Shown here piece after piece: positions 38,975 through 50,501 of a stretch of 64,000 nucleotides of DNA. The DNA comes from Piromyces finnis finn (taxonomy: Eukaryota > Fungi > Neocallimastigomycota). Where the stretch lies: positions 62,001-126,000 of the forward strand of contig MCFH01000038.1 of assembly GCA_002104945.1 (NCBI GenBank), read 5' to 3'. The notes beneath the pieces are model-generated. The model worked only from the letters and a program-made list of their open reading frames with translations. It was not told the DNA's origin and did no database searches. Position numbers and translations under genes: made by a program. Every line of letters starts with the position of its first letter. Position 1 is the first letter of the stretch.

Positions 38975-39269
38975 GAATCATAATTAATAATGAATTGTAT
39001 TTAAGAATTCAGCTAAAATAATCTATATTCATAATTAACTTAATTTATTTAAAGAACAACACAACATATTATCCTTCATTTCAGAACTTATCCTTCATTT
39101 CAGAACTATTAATTTATTATAAGAACGTTTAATATCGTTATTTAATTTATTTAATTATTAATCATACTTATCCACAATATATAATTAATACATAACTTTA
39201 TATCCTAATATATATTTACTCTTATTTTGTCTTTAATATTAAAGAGAAAGTAAAGAGAAAGTTTTTTTT

Positions 39270-39300
<31 letters not shown>

Positions 39301-40738
39301 GAAAAATATATATATATATATATACTAAAACATATTATATTTTTTTATGAAAGAATATAATATCCAGTAATTCAAAAATAATAAAAAAAACTTAACAAAT
39401 TAATAGTGATAAAAATTTTATTTTTTTTTAAAAATTTCTTGCAAATTAGTCTAGGTTTATAGTAGTTGTTTATATTAAATATTGAAAAATATTATAATAG
39501 GAGTAACTACGTAACAGTTTATTTTTTTTTCTTTCTTTTTTTAAACATTATAAAAGAATGAATTTATTACTATTTAATAGTATTTTATAAATTTTATAAT
39601 TTTAAGAAAAGAAAAGAAAAGAAAAAAAAAAACAGTAAAGCATCAAAAAAATGAATAGATGATTTAAAGTAATATTAAAAAATTTAAGATTATTAAAAAA
39701 ATTTTTTTAATTAAGAATTAATTTATTAATTAAAATTAATTAATAAATTCTTTATTTTGTTATTAAATTAAGTTCAAGAGCTAATCACAAAGAAAAAAAA
39801 AAAGAAAAAAAATATTATTTTAATAATCATGAATTAATATTTTTATTTTAATGCAATGTTTTTTTTCTTTTATTTTTCTTTTATTTTTTTTTTTTATTAT
39901 TATTATTGGTAACTGATAAAAATAATAAAAAGAAGAAAAAAAAAAAAAAGAAAAAAGAAAAATAATAGCCATTAAATACAATTTTTATCAAAAAACAAGA
40001 AAGAGAGAGAAAAAAAGAAAGTGATTAAAGTTATACAAGTGAAATGAAGAAATTGAAAAGATAAATTTTATTATTCAATTATACAATAACAATTATTTCT
40101 ATAATACAGCTGATTTCATCAATACAATTCATTATTAATTTCAATAAATATTTTAATTTTTATTTTTATTTTCTTTTTTGTTTTTATATTTATATTTTCT
40201 TTTCTATATATTTTTTCTTTTCTTTTATAAATAATTAATAAAAATAAATAAATATTAATAATAATAAAAAATTTAAAGTTTTTTATATAGCTTTTTTTTT
40301 TAATCATATACATTTTTCAAATAAAAAATATAATATTAGGTGTAAAAAAAATGTGTTATGAAATTGAAATAAATATATAAAGTAAAAAGTGTTTTTATAA
40401 TCTATTGAAAATACAAAATCTTTTGTGACATTTTATTTTAATTAAAGATATGTTTATTGTTTATTTATTATTATTATTATTTTTGCTTTAGTTTGTTGAT
40501 AAAATTCTTTACATGTTATAATTAATAAATAAAATACTTTGTAAATGAAAAAAAAAAAAAAAAAAAAAAAGTAATTTAATAAATCAAAAATGTGTGAATG
40601 GTTGAATATTTTAAGAAATTGAAATAATTTAAATGTCTAGAAGAAAAAAAGTTTATGTGTGTGTTATTTAGTTGATCTATTTTACATTTCATATATATTT
40701 GATTATATTTAATTATTGTAATGGAATGGAAATTAGTG

Positions 40739-42096
40739 TTATTCATCATCTTCATCGTAATCTTCTTCTTCATTATTTTCAGTATTTACTATAATTAATC
40801 CTTCTTGATCTTCATGTAAATATCCAAGAAGAGATACTTTTTTAAATCCATCTACTCTAATAACACAACTGCTTCCAGCAAATTTTGTATCTATATATAA
40901 TTAATAATAAATAATAGAATGATTACATATATTAATAGAGTTGAATTATATTTTTTTAAACCGAATTTATTCAATAATATATATCTTTTTTTTTTTTTAC
41001 CTTTTTCAGTTCCACTACGATTACTAATGGCAATGAGACTTGGTTTATAATCAGCTTGGTCCTCTTGAAGAACGATAGGTGAAAATCTTGTTAACCAATA
41101 GTTAAAAAGATTTTCTTCACCATCACCAGAACTTAACCAAGCCATGGAGCATGGGAAAAAGGTTGTTCCTTTACTTTTATGGAAATTTGCAAATTCAAAT
41201 TTCGTAAATTCTGCTTCAAAGCGATATGGATTAATATCCATACAAATTCCAGGACCTGCCTTTTTATTTTTATTTATATTTGAAGATTTATATATGAATG
41301 TAAATACAATTATTAAAAAGGAAAAAAAAAAATTATTAAATTACCTTTCTATATTGTCCTAATTCTGGAAAATCGTATGTTTGAAATCCTGGTCCTTCTT
41401 CTGCCCATTTTTCATCTTGTGAATATAAAAATGACTTTTGATAATTTCTTACAAGACCTTCCGGATTTACAATACATATAGAATTGTAATATAAAACCTT
41501 ACCTTTATATTTTATTTCATTTTTATTTTAATTATTATTGTTTTTTTTTTTTTTTTGTATCATATTTATAATATATTTATTTAAATTATTTTAAAAATTA
41601 TTGAAAAGAATATATATAGTTTTAAAAAATGAATTTTTTTTTTTTTTTTATTTTTATTTTTGTGAATATATTTCAATTTCTTTTTTTTTTTACCATCTTT
41701 AATCAAAGCTTGTGGATATCCAATTTGAACATAACTATGAACTCTTTTAGCTTTATAGTAAATAAATAAGTATGATAATAATAATATGAAGAAAAAGAAA
41801 ACAGAAAAAGGAAAGATTTTTCTTTTAATATCTCATTTAATTTTATTTATATAATTTTTTTAAAAAAAAAAATTGTTTTTAAATATTTTAAAATTTATAT
41901 ATATATTTACCTAATTCCTTTGCCCAGGTTACAGTTACACCTGTTTCACCATCTTCTACAAAATCCTTAATATCTTCTTTACATTCAAACATGTAACCTT
42001 TTATATTTTTATTTGTTTTAAATTGAAATAATTAGAAATCAATTTGTAATTACATATTACTGCAAAAATGTAATAATAATGTGTAGTTAATGTTTC

Positions 42097-42140
<44 letters not shown>

Positions 42141-42575
42141 TCTCTCTCTTAATTTTCTTTTCATATATATCTAAAAATTCATTTGAATTATTCCAAGTAA
42201 AAAATATTGAAATGTACCAGTGAATATCATTTCTGGAAAAATAATGTAGTCCACATCTCCTTTTTCTAAACTTTTGTTTTTAAATAAATAAATAATTATT
42301 AGTTAATTAATAAATGGAATAAAGAGATATTATTATATATGAAATGAAAGATAAGCCATTTTTTTTATAGTTACATTTGATAATAAAAAACATTGAAATA
42401 TTTTATTTAAATAAATATTAAATACAATTAAAGAAAATATTTTAAAAAGTAGATTTATTTTTTTTTTATTTATTTTTTATATTTTAAGATACCTTTGAGT
42501 TAAACCATCAGCTATTTCAATATTTTTTTTCCTATTTCTTGGAATAGGTGAGAATTGAACTAAACCTATTTTCAT
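40739..42575 (-). CDS. NTA1: Protein N-terminal amidase (nitrilase/CN-hydrolase family), multi-exon
   Basis: MKIGLVQF, IIFPEMIFTGY, YQKSFLY..DEKWA, GPGICMDINPYRF, SMAWL, YWLTRF, SNRSGTE, FAGSSCV; catalytic E-K-C present. Confidence 0.85.
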
Positions 42576-42633
42576 TTCTTATTTTTTATATATTAATTTT
42601 ATAGTTTTTTTTTTTTTTAAACAATAAAGCATT

Positions 42634-43091
42634 TTATTTTATTTAATTTTTTTTTTAACTTCCCATCAATCGGAGTTAGCCTCAATGGTGGTTAATTCCT
42701 ATTGCTATGTGGTTGTGACCTTCCCGTCGTACTGTATCTTTAGCTTCGACACTCTTAATCCATGTACATTAGATGCATATTGTTGTACGATATCTCCCAA
42801 CTATAATATTAAGCCTCTTATAGTTAATTGTTGATCACGTGACACTAACTAATGTTTTGCACTTTGATTAAGGATTGTTATTTGTGTTTTTTAGCATAGC
42901 GTCACCACTTATTAAATTTTAATTTGGAATGTACCATGTACATTTGACCCTCTCAAGTAGGCTAGACGAGTGTTATTATCATAGTAGCAAATTAAAAAGT
43001 CCATTAATACTTACCTGAATATCATAACCCAACCCATGGCAAAACAAGTGGGAAAATCCACAGGCACTGACATCTGCGGGGTCGAACCAGA
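42634..43091 (-). mobile_element. SINE-like retroposon, family A, second copy
   Basis: Collinear with 12623-13100; T-rich tail; putative TSD aaagcatt (42626-42633 / 43092-43099); B-box at its 5' end. Confidence 0.82.
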
Positions 43092-43472
43092 AAAGCATTA
43101 TATTAGTTTAAATTTTTGTTATTAATTTAGTATTATTTTAACCCTATATAAATTAACCCAAAAAGCTTATACCAGAAGTAATGCTTTCTGTTTGGCCCAT
43201 TTTTAGATTGGTACGTATTATTTAATAATACCATAAATGTGAAAATAAAATACATTCCAAAATAATATTTTATGTATTTTTTATGTATTTGTATTTTATA
43301 AAATTATAAATTAATATTGTACTACATTTTTATTCTTTGGTTATTTTTTAATAAAAAGATTTTAAGAAAGTTACAATATTTATATTATAAAATAAATATA
43401 AATAAATAAAAGATTATAAAAACCCAAATAGTTTTATAAATAAATTTAAGTGTAAACTAAATTTATCTGACA

Positions 43473-43493
43473 GATTAAGAGTCTCAATTGCTC
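43473..43493 (+). promoter_or_regulatory. Primer-binding site complementary to the tRNA-Lys(CUU) anticodon arm
   Basis: GATTAAGAGTCTCAATTGCTC follows the LTR CA directly; its reverse complement GAGCAATTGAGACTCTTAATC matches the eukaryotic tRNA-Lys(CUU) D-arm/anticodon arm (GAGCATGAGACTCTTAATC type). Confidence 0.75.
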
Positions 43494-43519
43494 TTATATT
43501 TAAGTAAGTTTTTTTTAAT

Positions 43520-46500
43520 ATGTCAAAAAGAAAATCTAACGGAGATACTGGATCAATTCCTATATTCGATCCTACCGTTATGCTAGGAAAGGTCACTTAT
43601 GAATTGAACAATAAAAATTTCATAACGTGGCAAATGTTTATGAGGAATATTTTAAATTATTATGGTCTTGAAGATTGGGTTGATGAAAACAAAACCCCAA
43701 AGATCAAAAGTGACGAAGGAATGGATATCGACGGAGAAGAATATCTAAAGGCACCTTTTGAAATCAATACCTACTATGATAAGAACGTAACCGAAGATGA
43801 CTTAAAAACAGATAGGAATATCCAATTTTTAATTAGGTATACTTTAGGCCCAAACTGCCAACAAGATATCCAAGATAGGTCTTTAACAAGCTACGAAATG
43901 TGGAAACTATTAGAAGACATTTATTTAGGGGATAAAATAGAAAGAAAGAATAGGCTTATTAAGGAAACAAACTCCTTAAAATACGACCCGAAAGAAAGTT
44001 TCTCAAGATTTGTAAATAAGTTAAATTCCAACTTTAATAAGTTAGAACAACTAAATGTGAAAATAGATGATGAAGAAAAAATTGGTTTACTGTATCAAGC
44101 CTTACCAGAAAAATATAGGAAAGTCACAGTCCTTAAGCATGAAGACTGGGAAGAATGCAAAAAGGACACAGCAAGAATGATAGATAAGATGAACAAATTT
44201 TATCCGAAAGAGAAATCTGAAACCTTCGGAATTAGACATATCTTTAGTGTTGAAGGTAGTTACAAAGGTGATAAAAGAAAGGAAAGTACTAAATACTACC
44301 GCAACAAACAAAGTAATAATCATAATAAAAATACAAATAAAGGAAAAGAAAAGTCCAATGAAGAAAGAAATTGGAATGACAAAAATAAACAAAGCATTAC
44401 ATGTTATTTTTGTCATCAAAAAGGACATACTGTAAAACAATGTCGTATTCAAAAAGAACTTTCAGAAGAAGTTACAAGAAGGCTAAGAAAAGAGAAAAAT
44501 AAAGGCAAGGAAGCATTTTTAGCAACAGGTGAAACAGTAAATAAACAAACCACTGAAGACTTTGAACCAGAAGTTGGATATCAAGATTTGTTTACAGTTG
44601 ATTACAATACATTATTTGACAATAACAATGATGAATGTAATAATAAATCATGCAATTACGTATCTTGTGAAAATGTACCTACAAGTTTTACTACATGGAC
44701 TTTAGATTCTGGTGCTTCTAATCATATTACCAAAGATATAGGAATTCTCAAAAATGTTTTTGAACATGTAGAACCAATCAATTATGCAAATGGAGCGACT
44801 ACAAAGTCAACACATATGGGTGAAGTAAATGGATCTATTAATGAAGAACCAATAAAATTAGAAGATGTAATGTACATCCCAGATGTAAAACGAAATTTAA
44901 TTTCTGTTGCCAAGTTAGTTAAAAGTGGCTACCAAATAATCTTTGATGAGAAGAACAATAATGTATTTGCATATATAAAAGATAAGAAAACAGATAATGT
45001 ATACGAAGTTAAAGCAAATGAATATGATGTATTCAATTTGTACATCAAAGAAGGTAATGTAGTTAATAATTACTCAATGTGCGATAATGTACGAAACAAT
45101 GGTGAATACTGGCATAGAAGAATAGGGCATCTGAATTTCAACAATAATGATGAAAAGAACAATATTCACAATTGTACAATATGCATGAGAAGCAAAATGA
45201 AAGAAATCCCTCATAAAAGGTCAGATAGTAGAGCATCAAGTGTTTTGGAACTAGTACACATCGATTTGGTTGGTCCAATCACACCATCAATTCATGACAA
45301 CGTATACTTTTTAAGTATCTTAGATGATTACAGTCGATATGGATGGGTAATATTTGTCAAGAATAAAAGTGATGTTTTCAAAGAATTTGGAAATTGGCTG
45401 AATAAAACTACTAATGAATTATCATCCAAAGTAAAATATCTTAGAAGCGATAATGGAACTGAATTCACTTCTAATAACTTCAAGGAGTTATGTAACGAAT
45501 ATGGAATAACTCAACAATTCACCGTCCCTGGAAATCCGGAGCAGAATGGAAGAGCAGAAAGATTCAATGGAAAGTTAATAAAAACTGCTACTGCAATGTT
45601 AATGGACGCAAGGTTATGTCGTCGCTTTTGGGAAGATGCTGTGAAAACAGCGAACTATGTTCATAATCGAGTTCCGCACAGTGGAATTAATGGTGAAATA
45701 CCATTTGAATTAATGTACAACAGAAAAGTTGATTATAAAAATTTAAGAGTATTTGGATGTAAAGTGTATTATTTAGATGACAGTAACATTCCAAAATTTC
45801 AAGACAAAACTAAGGAGGGAATCTTTATCGGATATGATGAATCTTCAGTAGGATACAGAATATTCGACATAAAATCAAGGAAAATTAAAGTGAAAAGAGT
45901 CGTAGGTTTTTTAGAAGAAGAACCTGGTGACTACAATTATAATTTAGAAAAAGAAAATAATAATGAAACATATAGTCAAGATACAGAAACTTTTCAAGTA
46001 AGGAACTTTAATTATATGTATGATAAAGAAAATGAAAACAATAACAATAAAGACAAAAAGGAAAAGGACATTTCAAATGAAAATGATAAATTAATGAATG
46101 AAAACCTAGAAACACTCAATGATAAAACTAGTAATAAAGAAGACTTAAAAGAAGTAAATTATGAAGAAAAATTTAAAAATATAGAAGAAAAGCTGGATAA
46201 GCTCACATCACTATTAAATAAAGAAAAAAATAATAGTTCTGAAAGTTTTATGCAAGTCTGCGAGGACACTAATGATAGTAATATGAGTATAGAAGACTCA
46301 GAAGAAGAAGACTTAAATCTCTTAGACTATATTAAACTAAAAGAAAAGAAAAAAGAACGTTTGAACAAAAATAATTACCGGAAAATTGAAGAAATGGAAG
46401 AAAATAAAGAAATTAAAATAAGTACTTCAATGGAATCTGTAAGTGAAACCAATAAAGAAAAAGAAAACAATAATGACATTTCAGGAAGTAACGACGGCAA

Positions 46501-48973
46501 TATAAATAACTTTACCTTGGAAGAAAATAATTTAAAATATAATAATTTAAAATATAATAGTGCTGACGAAACTGAAATTTGTGAAATTAAAGAAGTGAAT
46601 ATAAAGAGAAATGACGACAAGAAAAATAAAAATATAAACAGTAAAGACAATTCAAATATATCAAAGGATAATAAAAGGAATAATAAATACCTGAATACAA
46701 AAGGAAATGTTTATTTTATAGAAGAAAATTCAGACATTGTAAATAAAAATGAATTAATTGAAGAAGTATTAAAAACACCATCAGAAATGGAGATAAATGA
46801 TTTAACTGGAGAAATTGACAATAATGATTTTTTAAATATCCTGAGTCCTGACATTGATTTAGAAACAAGAAAGAAAATTGATTTTGAAAATATTGAGAGT
46901 GTCAAAAATAATATAAATAAAAATAATAGAAAAGAAATAGAAAATAATTATTCAAATGTAAAAGTAAATTATAAGAATGAAGAATATTATAAGAAAAATT
47001 ACATACCTATTAATGAGAATGAAATGAGAAGAAATTTGAATAAAGAAAATATCAATATTCCTGAAGAAAAGTCCAAATTTAAAAATATTTCTGATGAAAA
47101 AGAAAGTAATTTAAATAATCAAAATAAAAAGGAATATAATTTGAGAAATTTAAAAAATAAAAATGAAATTAAAGATCCAATCAATAAAGATAAATCTAAG
47201 AAAAAATTTTTTGATAAGAAAAAGTTATTATCAAAACAAAATTTTTTGAATAAGAGAAATCTAAATAGAAAATTAAAATCCAATAAAAATTTTAAATTAA
47301 ATGAAAATCATCCACCAAAGGAAGAAAAATTCCCAAGAAAGCGGAAACTTGTTCCAAGTGAAGATGTCATAGAAGAAAAATTTAGTAAGCCACATGAACA
47401 TGAACCAGAAAAGAAGAAAATTAAGGAAGTGGCGCTAACTATAGCACAAATCAAGGAGCCAAATTCCTATAATGATATATTTAAAAGAAAAGATAAGGAT
47501 AAGTGGATAAAAGCAATAGAAGCCGAATTGCTAAATATGAAAGAAAGAAAAGTGTTCAAAAGAATAGATGAAGTTCCAGAAGACGCCAATATTATTGATT
47601 CAAGATGGGTATTTAAGATAAAAAGGAATAGCACTGGTGAGATAGAAAAATACAAAGCTAGACTTGTAGCCAGAGGTTTTACACAAGAATATGGAGAAGA
47701 CTACAATGAGACCTTTTCTCCTACTCTAAAACAAGACTCATTAAGAATCCTAATAGGAATAGCTGCAATTAATAACTATAAAATCCATCAATTAGATGTT
47801 AAGGCCGCATATTTGTATGCAGATTTAAAGGAAGATATATATATGAAAGCACCTGAAGGAGATAAAATGTATAAAAAAGGATTATGGAAATTAAATAAAG
47901 CATTATATGGCTTAAAACAAGCAGCAAGAGAATGGAATAACAACATCAGCAATACTCTCATTGAACTAGGATTTCAGAAATTAGTTAGCGAACCATGCAT
48001 ATTTATAAAGACCAAAAACAATAAATTAGTATGTTTAGTTGGAATATATGTTGATGACATCCTAATAACTGGTAAAAAGGAAGAAATAGATAAAACTATT
48101 AAATTAATTAAAGAGAAATATGTTATCACGGATGTTGGTGATGCAAATTTCATCATAGGAATCAAAGTAGAAACGTTAAAAGATGGGTATTTGTTACATC
48201 AAGAAAGGTATTTAAAGGATATATTACACAAATTTGGTTTAGAAAACTGCAGAGGATCAAAGACAACTACACCAATCAAGAATGATGAACAACTCAATCA
48301 GCCTTTTGACCCTACTACTTATAGAGCTGCAATAGGAAGTCTTTTATATTTAGCCATAGGTACTCGTCCAGATATCTTATTTTCAGTAACCAAAGCATCT
48401 AGGTTCTCACAAAATCCTACTATCCAAAATTGGAAGAATGTATTACAAATATTCAAATATCTGAAAGAAAATCCTCATTATGGAATCCGTTTTGAAAGAA
48501 ACTTAAATTTGAAGATTTTTGTAGATTCAGACTATGGGGGAGATGAAGAAACAAGAAAATCTACCACTGGATTTGTATTTTTATTGGGAAATGGACCAAC
48601 AAGCTGGTACTCAAAACTGCAAAAATGTGTATCAACTTCAACCGCCGAAGCAGAATATTATGGACTTTGTGAATGCTCAAAGCAAGCTCTGTGGTATAGA
48701 AATATTTTTAGTGAATTAAAAATAAAGGAAGAATGCTTAAAAATCAATATTGATAATCAAGCAACTATTTACAACGCAAATAATGAAACGATTAATCCAA
48801 AGTCAAAACATATTGATATTAAGTACCATAAAGTAAGAGAATTAATTAAAGAAAATAAAATCAGTCTAGAATATATAAAATCAGAAGAAAATTTAGCAGA
48901 TGGTTTTACTAAATACTTGAATAAAAATAAAATGAAAATATTTAGAGATAGTTTATTATATAAATACAAATAA
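43520..48973 (+). CDS. Copia Gag-Pol polyprotein (1817 aa)
   Basis: CYFCHQKGHTVKQC knuckle; PR WTLDSGAS; IN HRRIGH..C..C, ILDDYSRY, RSDNGTEF, NGRAER; RT ARLVARGF, YVDD; RNase H FVDSD. IN-before-RT order. Confidence 0.98.
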   Translation: MSKRKSNGDTGSIPIFDPTVMLGKVTYELNNKNFITWQMFMRNILNYYGLEDWVDENKTPKIKSDEGMDIDGEEYLKAPFEINTYYDKNVTEDDLKTDRNIQFLIRYTLGPNCQQDIQDRSLTSYEMWKLLEDIYLGDKIERKNRLIKETNSLKYDPKESFSRFVNKLNSNFNKLEQLNVKIDDEEKIGLLYQALPEKYRKVTVLKHEDWEECKKDTARMIDKMNKFYPKEKSETFGIRHIFSVEGSYKGDKRKESTKYYRNKQSNNHNKNTNKGKEKSNEERNWNDKNKQSITCYFCHQKGHTVKQCRIQKELSEEVTRRLRKEKNKGKEAFLATGETVNKQTTEDFEPEVGYQDLFTVDYNTLFDNNNDECNNKSCNYVSCENVPTSFTTWTLDSGASNHITKDIGILKNVFEHVEPINYANGATTKSTHMGEVNGSINEEPIKLEDVMYIPDVKRNLISVAKLVKSGYQIIFDEKNNNVFAYIKDKKTDNVYEVKANEYDVFNLYIKEGNVVNNYSMCDNVRNNGEYWHRRIGHLNFNNNDEKNNIHNCTICMRSKMKEIPHKRSDSRASSVLELVHIDLVGPITPSIHDNVYFLSILDDYSRYGWVIFVKNKSDVFKEFGNWLNKTTNELSSKVKYLRSDNGTEFTSNNFKELCNEYGITQQFTVPGNPEQNGRAERFNGKLIKTATAMLMDARLCRRFWEDAVKTANYVHNRVPHSGINGEIPFELMYNRKVDYKNLRVFGCKVYYLDDSNIPKFQDKTKEGIFIGYDESSVGYRIFDIKSRKIKVKRVVGFLEEEPGDYNYNLEKENNNETYSQDTETFQVRNFNYMYDKENENNNNKDKKEKDISNENDKLMNENLETLNDKTSNKEDLKEVNYEEKFKNIEEKLDKLTSLLNKEKNNSSESFMQVCEDTNDSNMSIEDSEEEDLNLLDYIKLKEKKKERLNKNNYRKIEEMEENKEIKISTSMESVSETNKEKENNNDISGSNDGNINNFTLEENNLKYNNLKYNSADETEICEIKEVNIKRNDDKKNKNINSKDNSNISKDNKRNNKYLNTKGNVYFIEENSDIVNKNELIEEVLKTPSEMEINDLTGEIDNNDFLNILSPDIDLETRKKIDFENIESVKNNINKNNRKEIENNYSNVKVNYKNEEYYKKNYIPINENEMRRNLNKENINIPEEKSKFKNISDEKESNLNNQNKKEYNLRNLKNKNEIKDPINKDKSKKKFFDKKKLLSKQNFLNKRNLNRKLKSNKNFKLNENHPPKEEKFPRKRKLVPSEDVIEEKFSKPHEHEPEKKKIKEVALTIAQIKEPNSYNDIFKRKDKDKWIKAIEAELLNMKERKVFKRIDEVPEDANIIDSRWVFKIKRNSTGEIEKYKARLVARGFTQEYGEDYNETFSPTLKQDSLRILIGIAAINNYKIHQLDVKAAYLYADLKEDIYMKAPEGDKMYKKGLWKLNKALYGLKQAAREWNNNISNTLIELGFQKLVSEPCIFIKTKNNKLVCLVGIYVDDILITGKKEEIDKTIKLIKEKYVITDVGDANFIIGIKVETLKDGYLLHQERYLKDILHKFGLENCRGSKTTTPIKNDEQLNQPFDPTTYRAAIGSLLYLAIGTRPDILFSVTKASRFSQNPTIQNWKNVLQIFKYLKENPHYGIRFERNLNLKIFVDSDYGGDEETRKSTTGFVFLLGNGPTSWYSKLQKCVSTSTAEAEYYGLCECSKQALWYRNIFSELKIKEECLKINIDNQATIYNANNETINPKSKHIDIKYHKVRELIKENKISLEYIKSEENLADGFTKYLNKNKMKIFRDSLLYKYK

Positions 48974-50403
48974 TGAATTTATAACTTTGGGGGAGTGTGA
49001 AAATAAAATACATTCCAAAATAATATTTTATGTATTTTTTATGTATTTGTATTTTATAAAATTATAAATTAATATTGTACTACATTTTTATTCTTTGGTT
49101 ATTTTTTAATAAAAAGATTTTAAGAAAGTTACAATATTTATATTATAAAATAAATATAAATAAATAAAAGATTATAAAAACCCAAATAGTTTTATAAATA
49201 AATTTAAGTGTAAACTAAATTTATCTGACAATAAATTTAATTATTTATTTTATTTCCAGGAGTCGAACAAAAGGGATTTATACAAAATAATATATTCTAA
49301 TAAAAGAATAAAAAAAAATGATTATTTGTATATTTATTTATATTATAACTAATAATTATTTTTTAGTGTTATTAATTATTTTGCTTTTACTTTTATTATT
49401 TTCAACAATTTATACACAAAGTATTTGAATATAAGAAAAAAAAGGATTAAACATAAAAAAAAATCTTATTTGTAACTTTCTCTTTTATTTTATTAATAAA
49501 AATAATTTTAAGTACATTTATATATTTAATATAAAAAATATTTTTAGTTAAAACAGGTATAAAAATTCTCAATAATTAATTATATTTATCAAAGAACTCC
49601 CCTTTTCTTAATAAAAGTGAATTTTTGTTATTTTTATATAAAATTTTTATAATATTTTATTGGTTATTCAATAATAGATTAAATTATTATTTTTCTTAAA
49701 TAATTGCTAACCCTTAAAAATAACTATATAAATTTAATATTTTTAACTATATAATTTTATCACGTATCAAGTGATAAATAATAATTATAAATATATTATA
49801 CATTTGATATTAGTAGAAATTTTTATTATAAAATAATTATTAAATAATTTTATATAGTTTATTATAAAAATATAATTTACATAAAATCAAATATTTTATA
49901 AATTTATATATTTGATTGGGTTAAATTATAAAAATAATTTTTATTATAAAGAATAATAATAATTTTTAGTAGAAAATGAGAAGACTTAGATTACTAATAA
50001 TAAGTTAAATTTTAATAATAGTTAATATAGTTAGTTAAATAATACATAATAATAATTAAAAGACAAAAATAAGTTTTTATATAATAAAAATTATTGTTAA
50101 AAAAAAGTATAAAAACAATAAATAAAAGAAAATATAAAAACGAAATTAAACTTGTCTAGTTTGTAATTATTGTGTTAATAATAAATAATATTTTATAGAA
50201 TAAATCTGGTGTTATTATTCTATATAAATATTATTAAATAATAAAACTATAAATATTATAAAATATTATAAAATAAATTAAAATAAATAATAAAACAAGT
50301 AGATATTGTTAAAGCTCGTACAATAGCTGTCGAGATAAAACAATATAAGGTAACGAATAAGTAGTTTAAAAAGTTGTAATATAACTACCAATCCGTTATC
50401 AAG

Positions 50404-50415
50404 TGGTGGAGAACC
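50404..50415 (+). promoter_or_regulatory. PBS complementary to a tRNA 3' end, probably tRNA-Ala
   Basis: TGGTGGAGAACC lies 2 nt after the LTR; the implied acceptor stem allows the G3:U70 Ala identity pair and A73. Confidence 0.65.
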
Positions 50416-50501
50416 TCAGTCGTCCCGTGGGAAAGCCGAAAATTTAAATAATTCCTATTTATTAGTATATTTAGTATAATTATCTTATTTATTTACTAAA
50501 T

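Larger units (their letters stand above)
43238..49230 (+). mobile_element. Intact Ty1/Copia LTR retrotransposon, 5-bp TSD ATAAA
   Basis: Two 235-bp LTRs with no differences seen (43238-43472, 48996-49230); TSD at 43233-43237 and 49231-49235; PPT gggggag 48989-48995; single uninterrupted ORF. Confidence 0.97.
43209..49769 (-). mobile_element. Solo LTR 'X' second copy, split by the Copia insertion; 4-bp TSD AGAT
   Basis: Reverse complement of 10150-10688. AGAT at 43205-43208 and, after removing the 49772 element, at 54322-54325. Confidence 0.72.
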
